Shown: positions 10,008 to 19,190 of the stretch, piece after piece
Layout: the number at the start of each line of letters is the position of its first letter
Numbering within the stretch: position 1 is the stretch's first letter
From: Oscillospiraceae bacterium
GTDB lineage: Bacteria > Bacillota > Clostridia > Oscillospirales > Ruminococcaceae
Assembly (NCBI GenBank): GCA_017468365.1
Contig: JAFUIS010000019.1
Span: 11,009-75,008, forward strand
Length of the DNA stretch: 64,000 nucleotides
Direction: 5' to 3'
Program-made: the position numbers and the translations under genes
Notes under the pieces: generated by a model
Told to the model about the DNA's origin: nothing
What the model saw: the letters and a program-made list of their open reading frames with translations, nothing else
Databases searched by the model: none

Positions 10008-11186
10008 ATGGAAAAGAAGAATATTTTCAACTCAAAGATTTTTAAAATCATCGCAAAAATCGTTCTTACTCTGTTTGCACTGGTTTTTACATATTTCTTC
10101 TTGGTTTTTGTTCTTGTTTTTTCTGCAATAGCAGAATTTGATATTGCGTTCATATATATCGCAACGCTTCTTGTTCCGGCGCTTTTGATCCCGCTTATCT
10201 GGGCAAAAAAGAGAAAAAGGGTTCTTATTGTCTGGTCCGTTCTTTTTGCGGCTTTTATCATAGCTTTGTGCGTAGATGTCGGAATAAAACGGTATAACAA
10301 AAGTATAACGATAAACACTACGCCGAATATAAATGTTCACGAATATCTTCCATTTAAAGAAGATTCCAAAATTGCCGTTCTTGAAAAGGAGGCAAGCCTT
10401 AAACTTTCAGAAAATCTTCCGATAGTTGACGGAGCAGCGGCTGTTTTTCCGGTTTATTCCGCTTTTGTAAACGCGGTATATCCCGAAAGCACAGAACTTT
10501 GGGACGGGGTTTTTGAATATAACAATACCGTCGGCGGATATAAACTTTTGGGAGAAAAAGAAACCGACATATTCTTTGGGGCATATCCTTCGGAAGAACA
10601 GATTTTTGCGGCAGAAGAAAAAGGAACGAAATTCGTTTATACTCCTATAGGATACGATGCTTTTGTTTTCTTCGTTCATAAAGATAATCCCATTGATAAT
10701 CTTACAACCGAGCAGGTTCAGGCAATTTATTCGGGCGAAATAACGAATTGGAACGAAGTGGGCGGAAACAACGAAAAAATTGCGGCTTTTCAGCGCAATG
10801 AAGGAAGCGGAAGCCAGAGCATGCTTATCCGTTTTATGGACGGAAAAGAGATAATGGATGCTCCGAGTGAAATGGTGAACGACCTTATGTCCGGAATAGT
10901 TGAAAAGGTTTCGGATTATAAAAGCAAATCAAATTCCATCGGTTTTTCTTTCAGATATTACCTTGAAGGAATAATTCAAAATCCGGACATTAAGATCCTC
11001 AGCATTGACGGAGTTGCGCCGACTCCGGAAAACATCAAAAACGGAACCTATCCCATAACCGGGCCGCTTTATGCAGTAACTTTTGAAGGAAACGACAACG
11101 AAAACGTTGAAAAACTTCTTGAATGGATACTTTCCGACGAGGGACAGTATATTATTGAAAAGACCGGATATGTAGGTATAAAATAA
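10008..11186 (+). CDS. membrane-anchored PstS-like (type 2 periplasmic binding fold) substrate-binding protein
   Basis: ATG 10008 after AAGGAGG; N-terminal ~90 aa hydrophobic; PstS-like core (PIGYDAFVFFVHKDNPIDNLTTEQVQAIYSGEITNWNEVGG, QRNEGSGSQ). Confidence 0.7.
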   Translation: MEKKNIFNSKIFKIIAKIVLTLFALVFTYFFLVFVLVFSAIAEFDIAFIYIATLLVPALLIPLIWAKKRKRVLIVWSVLFAAFIIALCVDVGIKRYNKSITINTTPNINVHEYLPFKEDSKIAVLEKEASLKLSENLPIVDGAAAVFPVYSAFVNAVYPESTELWDGVFEYNNTVGGYKLLGEKETDIFFGAYPSEEQIFAAEEKGTKFVYTPIGYDAFVFFVHKDNPIDNLTTEQVQAIYSGEITNWNEVGGNNEKIAAFQRNEGSGSQSMLIRFMDGKEIMDAPSEMVNDLMSGIVEKVSDYKSKSNSIGFSFRYYLEGIIQNPDIKILSIDGVAPTPENIKNGTYPITGPLYAVTFEGNDNENVEKLLEWILSDEGQYIIEKTGYVGIK

Positions 11187-11187
11187 A

Positions 11188-11218
11188 AACGGAGGGCATT
11201 TAGCCCTCCGTTTTTATT
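11188..11218 (+). terminator. Rho-independent terminator after the PstS-like gene
   Basis: AACGGAGGGC-attta-GCCCTCCGTT then TTTT. Confidence 0.85.
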
Positions 11219-11259
11219 TCAACAAATATTGTTTTGTTAGGAAAAAGTCTGTGTGCAAT

Positions 11260-11337
11260 TTTGAGCACCGTCAAAAGACGTTTTTTGTTTACCGAGATGC
11301 TCAAAAAGGAAATGTGGATGATATAACGGTGCTCAAA
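11260..11337. repeat. 12-bp perfect inverted repeat bracketing the dapA 3' end
   Basis: TTTGAGCACCGT (11260-11271) and ACGGTGCTCAAA (11326-11337); the second copy overlaps the dapA stop codon. Confidence 0.6.
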
Positions 11338-12220
11338 CAAGTCCATGGTGCTCGAGGACGCGGAAAAGCTTTTCTTTTTTATCTTCATTCATAATGCCGA
11401 GAGGCAGACGGCAAGGACCGAAATCATATCCGAGCATATTGAGCGCCGCTTTTACAGGAATGGGGTTTATATCCGAAAAAAGCGCATCAATAAGCGATAA
11501 AAGCGTTGTTTGCTTTCTTGAAGCCTCAAGAGTTTTGCCTTCAAAATAAAGGGAGCAAAGCTCGGTCATTTCCTTTGGAACTATGTTTGCGGCAACCGAA
11601 ATAACTCCTTTTGAGCCGATGCTCAAAAGAGGAACGGTAAGTTCGTCGTTTCCGGAATAAACGTCGATTTTGCCGCCGCAAAGGGAAAGTATGCGTTCGG
11701 ATTTTGCAACGTTTCCCGAAGCTTCTTTTACCGCACAGATAAAGGGATTTTCGGCAAGTTTTAAGAAGGTTTCGGGCTGAATATCCATTCCTGTTCTTGA
11801 AGGAACATTGTAAACGATTGTAGGAAGTTGGCAGTATTTTGTCACGAATGAATAGTGCTCCAAAAGTCCGCTTTCGTTCGCTTTGTTATAATAAGGTGTG
11901 ACGGAAAGAATCGCATCCGCACCTGCATTTCTTGCGTTCAGAGCAAGTCTTGCGGCGTGGTGTGTGTTGTTGCTTCCGGCACCGGCAATAAGCGGCACAC
12001 GATGTTTTATAACGTCCTTTGCACAGCATATGATATTATACTGTTCCTCGTCCGAAAGGGTTGCGGATTCGCCTGTGGTACCGTTTACGATTATGGCGTC
12101 GACGCCTTTTTCGATAAGTTCATCGATAAAGTCGGCATATTTTTTTAAATCTATCGAGCCATCGGCTCTCATGGGCGTAACAACTGCAACTCCGCAGCCT
12201 TTGAATATTGTGTTTTTCAT
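11333..12220 (-). CDS. dapA: 4-hydroxy-tetrahydrodipicolinate synthase
   Basis: 295 aa, full-length DapA-like (GTTGESATL, AVKEASGN); adjacent to asd. Confidence 0.9.
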   Translation of the reverse strand: MKNTIFKGCGVAVVTPMRADGSIDLKKYADFIDELIEKGVDAIIVNGTTGESATLSDEEQYNIICCAKDVIKHRVPLIAGAGSNNTHHAARLALNARNAGADAILSVTPYYNKANESGLLEHYSFVTKYCQLPTIVYNVPSRTGMDIQPETFLKLAENPFICAVKEASGNVAKSERILSLCGGKIDVYSGNDELTVPLLSIGSKGVISVAANIVPKEMTELCSLYFEGKTLEASRKQTTLLSLIDALFSDINPIPVKAALNMLGYDFGPCRLPLGIMNEDKKEKLFRVLEHHGLV

Positions 12221-12283
12221 AAAAAAATCCTCCGCGGTAAAGTTTAAGAAAACTTTATGCGGAGGAAAAATTTATTATGTTAA

Positions 12284-13363
12284 TTAATCAAAATAACCTT
12301 TTGCGGCGTAAAGTTCTGCCATAAGAACGTTGCCGCCTGCGGCACCGCGAAGGGTGTTATGAGAAAGGCTTACAAATTTATAGTCATACTGGCTGTCAGG
12401 ACGAAGACGTCCGATGGAAACGCCCATGCCTTTTTCAAGGTTGCGGTCAAGTTTTGCCTGGGGACGGTCCGGTTCTTCAAAATAGGTGAGAAAATGTTCC
12501 GGTGCGGAAGGAAGACCGAGAAGCTGGGGTTCACCTTTATATTCCTTCCAGAGTTCTTTTATCTCTTCTTCGGAAGGCTTGTTTTCAAAGCTTACAAAAA
12601 CCGCAGCGGTATGTCCGTCGGAAACAGGAACGCGAAGGCACTGGGTGGTAATGGCGGGAGCGGAAGCGTTGACGATTTTTCCGTCTTGGAGTTTTCCCCA
12701 GATTTTAAGAGGTTCGTTTTCGCTTTTTTCTTCTTCGCCGCCGATATAGGGGATAAGGTTATCCACCATTTCGGGCCAGCGGTCAAAGTTTTTTCCTGCG
12801 CCGGAAATTGCCTGGTAAGTGCAGGCAAGAACTTTAGTTATACCGAATTTCATAAGAGGATGAAGTGCGGGAACGTAGCTTTGAATGGAACAGTTGGATT
12901 TTACGGAAATGAAGCCGCGTTTTGTTCCGAGACGTGCTTTCTGGGCGGAAACAACTTCCATATGTTCCGGGTTTATTTCGGGAATTATCATCGGAACGTC
13001 GGAAACACCGCGGTTTGCGCTGTTGTTGGACATAACGGGACATTCGAGTTTTGCATATTTTTCTTCAAGTTCTTTGGTAGCCGCTTTATCCATGTTGACC
13101 GCGCAGAAAACGAAATCAACAAGCGAAGCGATTCCTTCTGCATCTTTTTCAGCGTCGAGAACGGTCATCTCTTTTACGGAATCGGGAATGGGAGCTTCCA
13201 TTGCCCAGCGGCCGCAAACGGCCTCTTCATAGGTTTTTCCGGCGCTTCTTCCGGAAGCGGCAAGAACTTCAATATGGAACCAGGGATGTTCGGAAAGAAG
13301 AGTGATAAGGCGCTGACCTACCATTCCGGTGGCACCGATGACACCGACCTTATAATTTTTCAT
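12284..13363 (-). CDS. asd: aspartate-semialdehyde dehydrogenase
   Basis: 359 aa; N-terminal GATGMVGQ NAD(P) fold, active-site region SNCSIQ. Confidence 0.9.
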   Translation of the reverse strand: MKNYKVGVIGATGMVGQRLITLLSEHPWFHIEVLAASGRSAGKTYEEAVCGRWAMEAPIPDSVKEMTVLDAEKDAEGIASLVDFVFCAVNMDKAATKELEEKYAKLECPVMSNNSANRGVSDVPMIIPEINPEHMEVVSAQKARLGTKRGFISVKSNCSIQSYVPALHPLMKFGITKVLACTYQAISGAGKNFDRWPEMVDNLIPYIGGEEEKSENEPLKIWGKLQDGKIVNASAPAITTQCLRVPVSDGHTAAVFVSFENKPSEEEIKELWKEYKGEPQLLGLPSAPEHFLTYFEEPDRPQAKLDRNLEKGMGVSIGRLRPDSQYDYKFVSLSHNTLRGAAGGNVLMAELYAAKGYFD

Positions 13364-13390
13364 GAACAGAGCCTCCTTTTATAAAATAAC

Positions 13391-13419
13391 TTGCAATAAA
13401 AGGCTTATTGCAATATAAT
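13391..13419 (+). promoter_or_regulatory. consensus-like sigma-A promoter for queA, embedded in a 9-bp inverted repeat
   Basis: TTGCAA, 17-nt spacer, TATAAT; TTGCAATAA-aaggc-TTATTGCAA palindrome spans the spacer. Confidence 0.6.
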
Positions 13420-13508
13420 ATATAAGTTATCTAAATATGTTTATGATTTTATCATTACATATTTTTCATGTCAATATTTTTATTAAAATTCAGATAAACG
13501 GTGATTTG

Positions 13509-14534
13509 ATGAAAACAAGTGATTTTTATTTTGACCTTCCGGAAGAGCTTATAGCACAGCATCCGGCAGACCAGCGCGACCATTCCAGGCTTATGCATCT
13601 TGACAGAGAGACCGGAGAGGTAGAGCACAAACATTTTTATGAAATAATTGACCTTCTTGAACCTGGTGACCTTCTTGTTCTTAACAACTCAAGGGTAATC
13701 CCTGCAAGACTTATCGGCGAAAGGGAAGACACCCATTCTCCCATCGAGTTCCTTCTTCTCAAACAGAATGATCTTGACGTATGGGAGATCCTTGTCCGTC
13801 CGGGAAAACACGCCAAGATCGGAAAAAGGTTTGTTTTTGGCGGCGGACTTCTTAAAGCGGAAGTTATCGACATCGTAGAAGATGGAAATCGAATCGTAAA
13901 ATTCGAGCACGAAGGCAATATCTATAACGTTCTTGACGAAATTGGACAGATGCCGCTTCCGCCATACATAACCGAAAAACTTGCGGATAAAGAACGTTAC
14001 CAGACCGTTTATTCCGATCCCATCGGTTCTGCGGCGGCACCTACTGCAGGACTTCACTTTACCAACGAGCTTCTTGAAAAGATTCGTGAAAAGGGAGTCA
14101 AAACTGCGTTTGTAACTCTTCATGTCGGTCTCGGAACTTTCCGTCCCGTAAAAGTTGAAGATTTTGAACACCACATCATGCATACAGAACATTACGTTCT
14201 TCCGGAAGAGACCGCAAAGCTTATCAATGAAACCAAAGCCGCGGGCCACCGCGTTATTGCTGTCGGTACCACTTCCTGCAGGACGCTTGAATCCGTTGCT
14301 GCAAAATACGGTGAAATAAGACCCGATGATGACGATACCAGCATTTTTATCTATCCCGGATTCAAATTCAAGGTTCTTGACGGACTTATCACCAACTTCC
14401 ACCTTCCGGAAAGCACCCTTATAATGCTTGTTTCTGCATTTGCGGGTTATGAAAACGTTATGAACGCTTATCAGGAAGCGATAAACGAAAGATACCGTTT
14501 CTTCAGTTTCGGAGATTCCATGGCGATTCTTTAA
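13509..14534 (+). CDS. queA: S-adenosylmethionine:tRNA ribosyltransferase-isomerase
   Basis: Start at [19 protein letters not shown] (typical QueA N-terminus); PLPPYI motif; upstream of tgt. Confidence 0.95.
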   Translation: MKTSDFYFDLPEELIAQHPADQRDHSRLMHLDRETGEVEHKHFYEIIDLLEPGDLLVLNNSRVIPARLIGEREDTHSPIEFLLLKQNDLDVWEILVRPGKHAKIGKRFVFGGGLLKAEVIDIVEDGNRIVKFEHEGNIYNVLDEIGQMPLPPYITEKLADKERYQTVYSDPIGSAAAPTAGLHFTNELLEKIREKGVKTAFVTLHVGLGTFRPVKVEDFEHHIMHTEHYVLPEETAKLINETKAAGHRVIAVGTTSCRTLESVAAKYGEIRPDDDDTSIFIYPGFKFKVLDGLITNFHLPESTLIMLVSAFAGYENVMNAYQEAINERYRFFSFGDSMAIL

Positions 14535-14543
14535 AAAATAAAA

Positions 14544-14570
14544 ACGACCGCTTTTGCGGTCGTTTTTTTG
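14544..14570. terminator. bidirectional terminator between queA and the rubredoxin gene
   Basis: ACGACCGC-tttt-GCGGTCGT flanked by an A-run and a T-run. Confidence 0.85.
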
Positions 14571-14596
14571 TTTTGAGAAAACTTATTATTTATCGA

Positions 14597-14770
14597 TTAT
14601 CCCTGAACGTCTTTTGCAACGTTTCTGAATTTGTCTTTGGGCATTTTGCAAAGGGGGCAATGAAAATCTTCGGGAAGGTCTTCAAATTTGGTTCCGGGTG
14701 CAATTCCTCTTTCGGGAATGCCTTTTTCTTCGTCATAGGTGTATCCGCAGATCATGCAAGTATATTTCAT
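14597..14770 (-). CDS. rubredoxin (57 aa; below the ORF-track cutoff)
   Basis: Hand translation: [57 protein letters not shown]. Two CxxC pairs in canonical rubredoxin spacing; GGAG RBS. Confidence 0.85.
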   Translation of the reverse strand: MKYTCMICGYTYDEEKGIPERGIAPGTKFEDLPEDFHCPLCKMPKDKFRNVAKDVQG

Positions 14771-14864
14771 GGTATTTAACTCCTTTGTTTCAATTGATTT
14801 TTTATTGTGATTGTATTATACCCCTAATTTTTCCTTTTTTCAGTGACAAAGTCACATAAAAAAA

Positions 14865-15230
14865 TTATTTTTGCATTTTTCTGTAACTTTCAAGCTCTTC
14901 GGAGGTCATATGGTCTTCGAGTACGCCGAAGATGATTTTTCTGTCTCTGGCGCTTGCTCTTCCGAATGCGCTGAGCATAAGGCTTTCTTCGGTGCTCAGG
15001 GTTTTTATCGGAGCAGGGAAGCCGGTTATTCCCATAAGGTAGTCGAGCGATACGTCAAGGGCTTCCGCAATTTCGGCTGCGATGTCGGCCTGGGGCTTTC
15101 GGCTGTTATTGACATATCTTGAAAGGGTGGCTTCTGTTGCTCCTATTTTTTGGGCAAGCCACGCCTGGGTTATTCCGCGCTGCTTCATGATTTTTTTGAC
15201 TTTTCTTCCGAAATCCGCTATTTCTGCCAC
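14865..15230 (-). CDS. XRE-family helix-turn-helix transcriptional regulator
   Basis: N-terminal HTH ITQAWLAQKIGATEATLSRYVNNSRKP. Confidence 0.8.
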   Translation of the reverse strand: MAEIADFGRKVKKIMKQRGITQAWLAQKIGATEATLSRYVNNSRKPQADIAAEIAEALDVSLDYLMGITGFPAPIKTLSTEESLMLSAFGRASARDRKIIFGVLEDHMTSEELESYRKMQK

Positions 15231-15423
15231 TGTTATTTCCCCTTATATTGTAATTATACGAACTGTACTATAATAATACCACCTGAATTATACAATTGTC
15301 AAGAATTATTATCCAAATGGAAATATTGTTGAAAACATTATTTTCGAATTTATCACTTGAAAAGATTTCGCTATTAAGTTATACTTATATAGTTATATTA
15401 ATTTCCTATAAAAGAGGAGAACT

Positions 15424-16554
15424 ATGTTTACTGTTTTAAAAACTGAAGGAAGAGCCCGCAGAGCCGAGTTTGAAACCGTTCACGGAACCGTTCAGACTCC
15501 GGCATTCATGAACGTTGCGACCTGCGGAGCTATCAAAGGCGGCGTTGCCGCAGAAGACCTTAAAGAGCTTCATTGCCAGGTTGCTCTTTGCAACACTTAT
15601 CATCTTTCGCTTCGTCCCGGCGACCTTGTTGTAAAAGAACTCGGCGGACTTCATAAATTTATGAACTGGGACAGGCCTATCCTTACCGACAGCGGCGGCT
15701 TTCAGGTATTCAGCCTTTCCAAACTTCGTAAAATAAAAGAAGAGGGCGTTTATTTCAGAAGCCACCTTGACGGACATCGCATTTTCATGGGTCCGGAAGA
15801 ATCCATGCAGATCCAGTCCCACCTCGGAAGCACCATTGCAATGGCTTTTGACGAATGTGTTGAAAACCCCGCTCCCAAATCTTATGCAGCACAGTCCTGC
15901 CAGCGTACCACCAGATGGCTTCACCGCTGCAAAACCGAAATGGAAAGACTCAACTCTCTGCCTGATACCATCAATCCGCACCAGATGCTTTTTGGAATCA
16001 ACCAGGGCTGCACTTTTGAGGATCTTCGCGTTGAGCACATGAAAGAGATCGCAAAACTTGACCTTGACGGATACGCTATCGGCGGACTTGCAGTAGGTGA
16101 ACCCACCCTTGAAATGTACCGCATCATCGACGCCGTTGAGCCTTATATGCCCGTCAATAAACCCCGTTATCTTATGGGTGTAGGTACTCCGGTAAATATT
16201 CTTGAAGCTGTACACCTTGGCGTTGACCTTTTTGACTGTGTAATGCCCAGCCGTAACGCACGTCACGGCACCCTCTTTACCTGGCAGGGCATCCGCAACC
16301 TCAACAACGAAAAATACATCTATGACCAGGGACCCGTTGATCCGGAATGTGACTGTCCGACCTGCCGTCTTCACAGCAGAGCATATGTGCGTCATCTTCT
16401 TCGTGCAAACGAGCTTCTTGCGCACAGACTGACCGTTCAGCATAATCTTTATTTCTATAACACCCTTATGGAAAGAATCCGTGAGGCTCTTGATAACGGC
16501 ACTTTCGAGGAATTTTATCAGAAATACCGCGATATTCTCGGAAAAAGAATCTAA
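15424..16554 (+). CDS. tgt: queuine tRNA-ribosyltransferase
   Basis: 376 aa; TDSGGFQV and zinc site CDCPTC...H. Confidence 0.95.
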   Translation: MFTVLKTEGRARRAEFETVHGTVQTPAFMNVATCGAIKGGVAAEDLKELHCQVALCNTYHLSLRPGDLVVKELGGLHKFMNWDRPILTDSGGFQVFSLSKLRKIKEEGVYFRSHLDGHRIFMGPEESMQIQSHLGSTIAMAFDECVENPAPKSYAAQSCQRTTRWLHRCKTEMERLNSLPDTINPHQMLFGINQGCTFEDLRVEHMKEIAKLDLDGYAIGGLAVGEPTLEMYRIIDAVEPYMPVNKPRYLMGVGTPVNILEAVHLGVDLFDCVMPSRNARHGTLFTWQGIRNLNNEKYIYDQGPVDPECDCPTCRLHSRAYVRHLLRANELLAHRLTVQHNLYFYNTLMERIREALDNGTFEEFYQKYRDILGKRI

Positions 16555-16616
16555 AGCCTTGAAACAGATTTTTATTTAATTTATAATATCCATATAATCA
16601 ATCCGGAGGTAATAAA

Positions 16617-16973
16617 ATGAACAATCTTCCTTATCTTCTCAGCCTTTTCGGCACCGCAGAAGCTCCTGCAGAAGGCGGCGTACTTGAAAGCATTATCAGC
16701 TTTGCTCCCATTATCGTTGTACTCATCGTTTTCTATTTCATGCTCATCCGTCCTCAGCAGAAAAAAGACAAAGAAGACAGAGCGATGAGAGAGAATCTTG
16801 AAGTCGGCGACGAAATCGTTACCGCAGGCGGAATCATCGGTCTTGTTGTTTCCGTAAAAGAGGATACCGTCGTTATCGAAACCGGCAGCGACAGAAGCAA
16901 AGTCCGCATTGCAAAATGGGCTGTTGCACAGAACCTTACCGCAAAAGAAAAAGCAGACGCGGCTAAAAAATAA
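16617..16973 (+). CDS. yajC: preprotein translocase subunit YajC
   Basis: Single TM then FYFMLIRPQQKK motif; queA-tgt-yajC synteny. Confidence 0.9.
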   Translation: MNNLPYLLSLFGTAEAPAEGGVLESIISFAPIIVVLIVFYFMLIRPQQKKDKEDRAMRENLEVGDEIVTAGGIIGLVVSVKEDTVVIETGSDRSKVRIAKWAVAQNLTAKEKADAAKK

Positions 16974-17045
16974 GTTTTAAAAAGAATAAAGACGCTTCTT
17001 TCTGAATATCCTTTTGAAAAGGGATATCCGAAAGGAGCGTTTTTT

Positions 17046-17432
17046 ATGTCCGGAAAAATCATTAAAAAGATAGGCTTTTCGTCAGGTATCGGTGCGGGAA
17101 TCGGAATCATAATTTCATCGGTAATTATATTTCTCATTGCGGCGGTGCTTTCCGCAATGGATATACCCGCAATGATGATTGCACCGGCGACGGTTTTTGC
17201 CATTGCGGTCGGAAGCTTTTTTGGCGGATTCGTTTCGTCGAAAATATGCGGCGAAAAGGGAATAGTTTGCGGGGCTTTTTCCGGAGTCATTTTCTTTGCT
17301 GTTTTGCTTCTTGCGGGAACTTTTTTCGAAGGCGGAAATTTCGGAACCGGAGGAATTATAAAAACCGCGATGATAATGATATCCTGTATGACCGGCGGGA
17401 TAATTGGAGTTAATTATATTAAAAGAAAATAG
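17046..17432 (+). CDS. small polytopic membrane protein (YrzE/TIGR04086-like, by position and composition)
   Basis: 128 aa, Gly/Ile-rich, 3-4 predicted helices; sits after yajC as yrzE does in Bacillus. Confidence 0.45.
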   Translation: MSGKIIKKIGFSSGIGAGIGIIISSVIIFLIAAVLSAMDIPAMMIAPATVFAIAVGSFFGGFVSSKICGEKGIVCGAFSGVIFFAVLLLAGTFFEGGNFGTGGIIKTAMIMISCMTGGIIGVNYIKRK

Positions 17433-17500
17433 TTGCAAGCATTGAAATTATGTGCTATACTAACCATGTTGAAATGTATTATTTTCAGGAGGATAACATA

Positions 17501-17659
17501 ATGGAACACATTAAAACTGTTAACAACGCAAACCTTAAAGAATCTTGCGCAAAAGGCGGCTGCGGCGAATGCCAGGCTTCCTGCCAGTCTGCATGCAAAA
17601 CTTCCTGCACTGTTGCAAACCAGGAATGCGAAAACGAATCCCGCAAAGGCAACAAATAA
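17501..17659 (+). CDS. scfA: SCIFF (six-cysteines-in-forty-five) ribosomal peptide precursor
   Basis: ATG 17501 after AGGAGG; MEHIKTVNNANLKESCAKGGCGECQASCQSACKTSCTVANQEC; directly upstream of a radical SAM/SPASM gene. Confidence 0.85.
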   Translation: MEHIKTVNNANLKESCAKGGCGECQASCQSACKTSCTVANQECENESRKGNK

Positions 17660-17728
17660 TTATTATTGATTATTAAATTGCAGGTGTGCCAAACACGGCG
17701 CACCTGCCGTTTTTTTGGAGTAATTTAA

Positions 17729-19105
17729 ATGGTACATACTTTTTATCAAAACGGTTATTATATTGCTCTTGATGTAAACTCCGGCGCGGTACATGTTCTT
17801 GACAAGCTTGCTTTCGATCTTCTCAATAAGTTTGAGGACAAGCTTCCCGAAGAATGTCCCGCGGAGTTTGTAAAAGAGCTTTCCGGTGAATATCCCGAAC
17901 AGGATATTCTTGAAGTTTATTCTGAACTTCTCGGCCTTCAGAAAGCGGGCCAGCTTTTCAGCGAAGACGATTATGAGCGTTTTACCGATATGATGAAGGG
18001 CGCACCCATCAAATCCATGTGCCTTCACATTTCTCACGACTGCAACCTTCGCTGCAAATATTGCTTTGCTTCCACCGGCGACTTCGGCAAAGGCAGAAAA
18101 CTCATGCCCGTTGAAACCGGTAAAAAAGCGATCGATTTTCTTCTTACCCATTCCGGAAACCGCCACAACCTTGAACTTGACTTCTTCGGCGGCGAGCCTC
18201 TTATGAACTGGGACGCAGTAAAAGAGATCGTTGACTATGCAAGAAGCAAAGAAGAAGAATATAACAAGAAATTCCGCTTCACCGTTACCACCAACGGCGT
18301 TCTTCTTAATGATGACAGCATCGACTACATCAATAAAGAGATGAAAAACGTTGTTCTTTCTCTTGACGGAAGAAAGTGCGTAAACGACGCTATGCGCCTT
18401 ACCGTAAACGGAAAAGGAAGCTATGATATCTTTGTTCCCAAGTTCCAGAAGCTCGTTGAAAAACGTCTTCAGGGCGAAAACAAGGAATATTATGCACGCG
18501 GAACCTTTACCAAGAACAACCTTGACTTTGCAAAAGACGTTTATCATATTGCCGACGATCTCGGCTTTGATCAGCTGAGTGTTGAGCCTGTTATCGCAGA
18601 TCCCAGCGAGCCTTATGCTATCACCGAGGAAGATCTTCCAACCATTTTTGCCGAGTATGAAAAACTCGCGGTTGAAATGGTAAGAAGAAAGAAAGAAGAG
18701 GGCGGATGCTTTAACTTCTTCCACTTCATGATCGACCTTGACCAGGGTCCTTGTGCTATAAAGCGCCTTCGCGGATGCGGATGCGGCAACGAATACGTTT
18801 CCGTAACCCCCGATGGCGATATCTATCCCTGCCACCAGTTCGTAGGCAACGACGAATGGAAAATGGGCAATCTCGACGACGAAACCCTTGATATCGAGAT
18901 GAAAGATAAATTTGCGTGCTCGAATATCTATACCAAAGAAGGCTGCCGCGATTGCTGGGCAAGATTCTATTGCTCCGGCGGATGCAACGCAAACAACTAC
19001 AGTTTCAATAAGGATATCAACAAACCCGTTAAGATCTCCTGCGAACTTGAAAGAAAACGCGTTGAATGTGCTATCATGATAAAAGTTGCAATGGCAGACA
19101 AATAA
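17729..19105 (+). CDS. scfB: SCIFF radical SAM/SPASM maturase (thioether-forming)
   Basis: CNLRCKYC radical SAM cluster motif; Cys-rich SPASM C-terminus (CGCGNEY...CHQF, CRDCWARFYCSGGC). Confidence 0.9.
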   Translation: MVHTFYQNGYYIALDVNSGAVHVLDKLAFDLLNKFEDKLPEECPAEFVKELSGEYPEQDILEVYSELLGLQKAGQLFSEDDYERFTDMMKGAPIKSMCLHISHDCNLRCKYCFASTGDFGKGRKLMPVETGKKAIDFLLTHSGNRHNLELDFFGGEPLMNWDAVKEIVDYARSKEEEYNKKFRFTVTTNGVLLNDDSIDYINKEMKNVVLSLDGRKCVNDAMRLTVNGKGSYDIFVPKFQKLVEKRLQGENKEYYARGTFTKNNLDFAKDVYHIADDLGFDQLSVEPVIADPSEPYAITEEDLPTIFAEYEKLAVEMVRRKKEEGGCFNFFHFMIDLDQGPCAIKRLRGCGCGNEYVSVTPDGDIYPCHQFVGNDEWKMGNLDDETLDIEMKDKFACSNIYTKEGCRDCWARFYCSGGCNANNYSFNKDINKPVKISCELERKRVECAIMIKVAMADK

Positions 19106-19114
19106 AAAAACAAA

Positions 19115-19141
19115 AGCTCCGGAATATCCGGAGCTTTTTTA
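19115..19141 (+). terminator. Rho-independent terminator after scfB
   Basis: AGCTCCGG-aatat-CCGGAGCT then TTTTTT. Confidence 0.85.
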
Positions 19142-19190
19142 TTATATAATGATAGGGAAGTGGGAAAGGGAAGAGGGGAAGACCATAAAA

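Noticed and set aside
11200-11388. 62-aa minus-strand ORF spanning the dapA 3' end
   Set aside because: It overlaps the dapA stop region and the terminator/inverted-repeat region, has no RBS and has low-complexity composition.
13364-13508. Possible lysine riboswitch (L-box) upstream of asd/dapA
   Set aside because: The 145-nt AT-rich divergent region is too short and lacks L-box helices. It holds only promoter-like elements and a 9-bp palindrome.
14573-14779. 68-aa + strand ORF listed in the track
   Set aside because: It is the mirror frame of a canonical rubredoxin gene on the minus strand (14597-14770). The + frame has no RBS and no recognisable fold.
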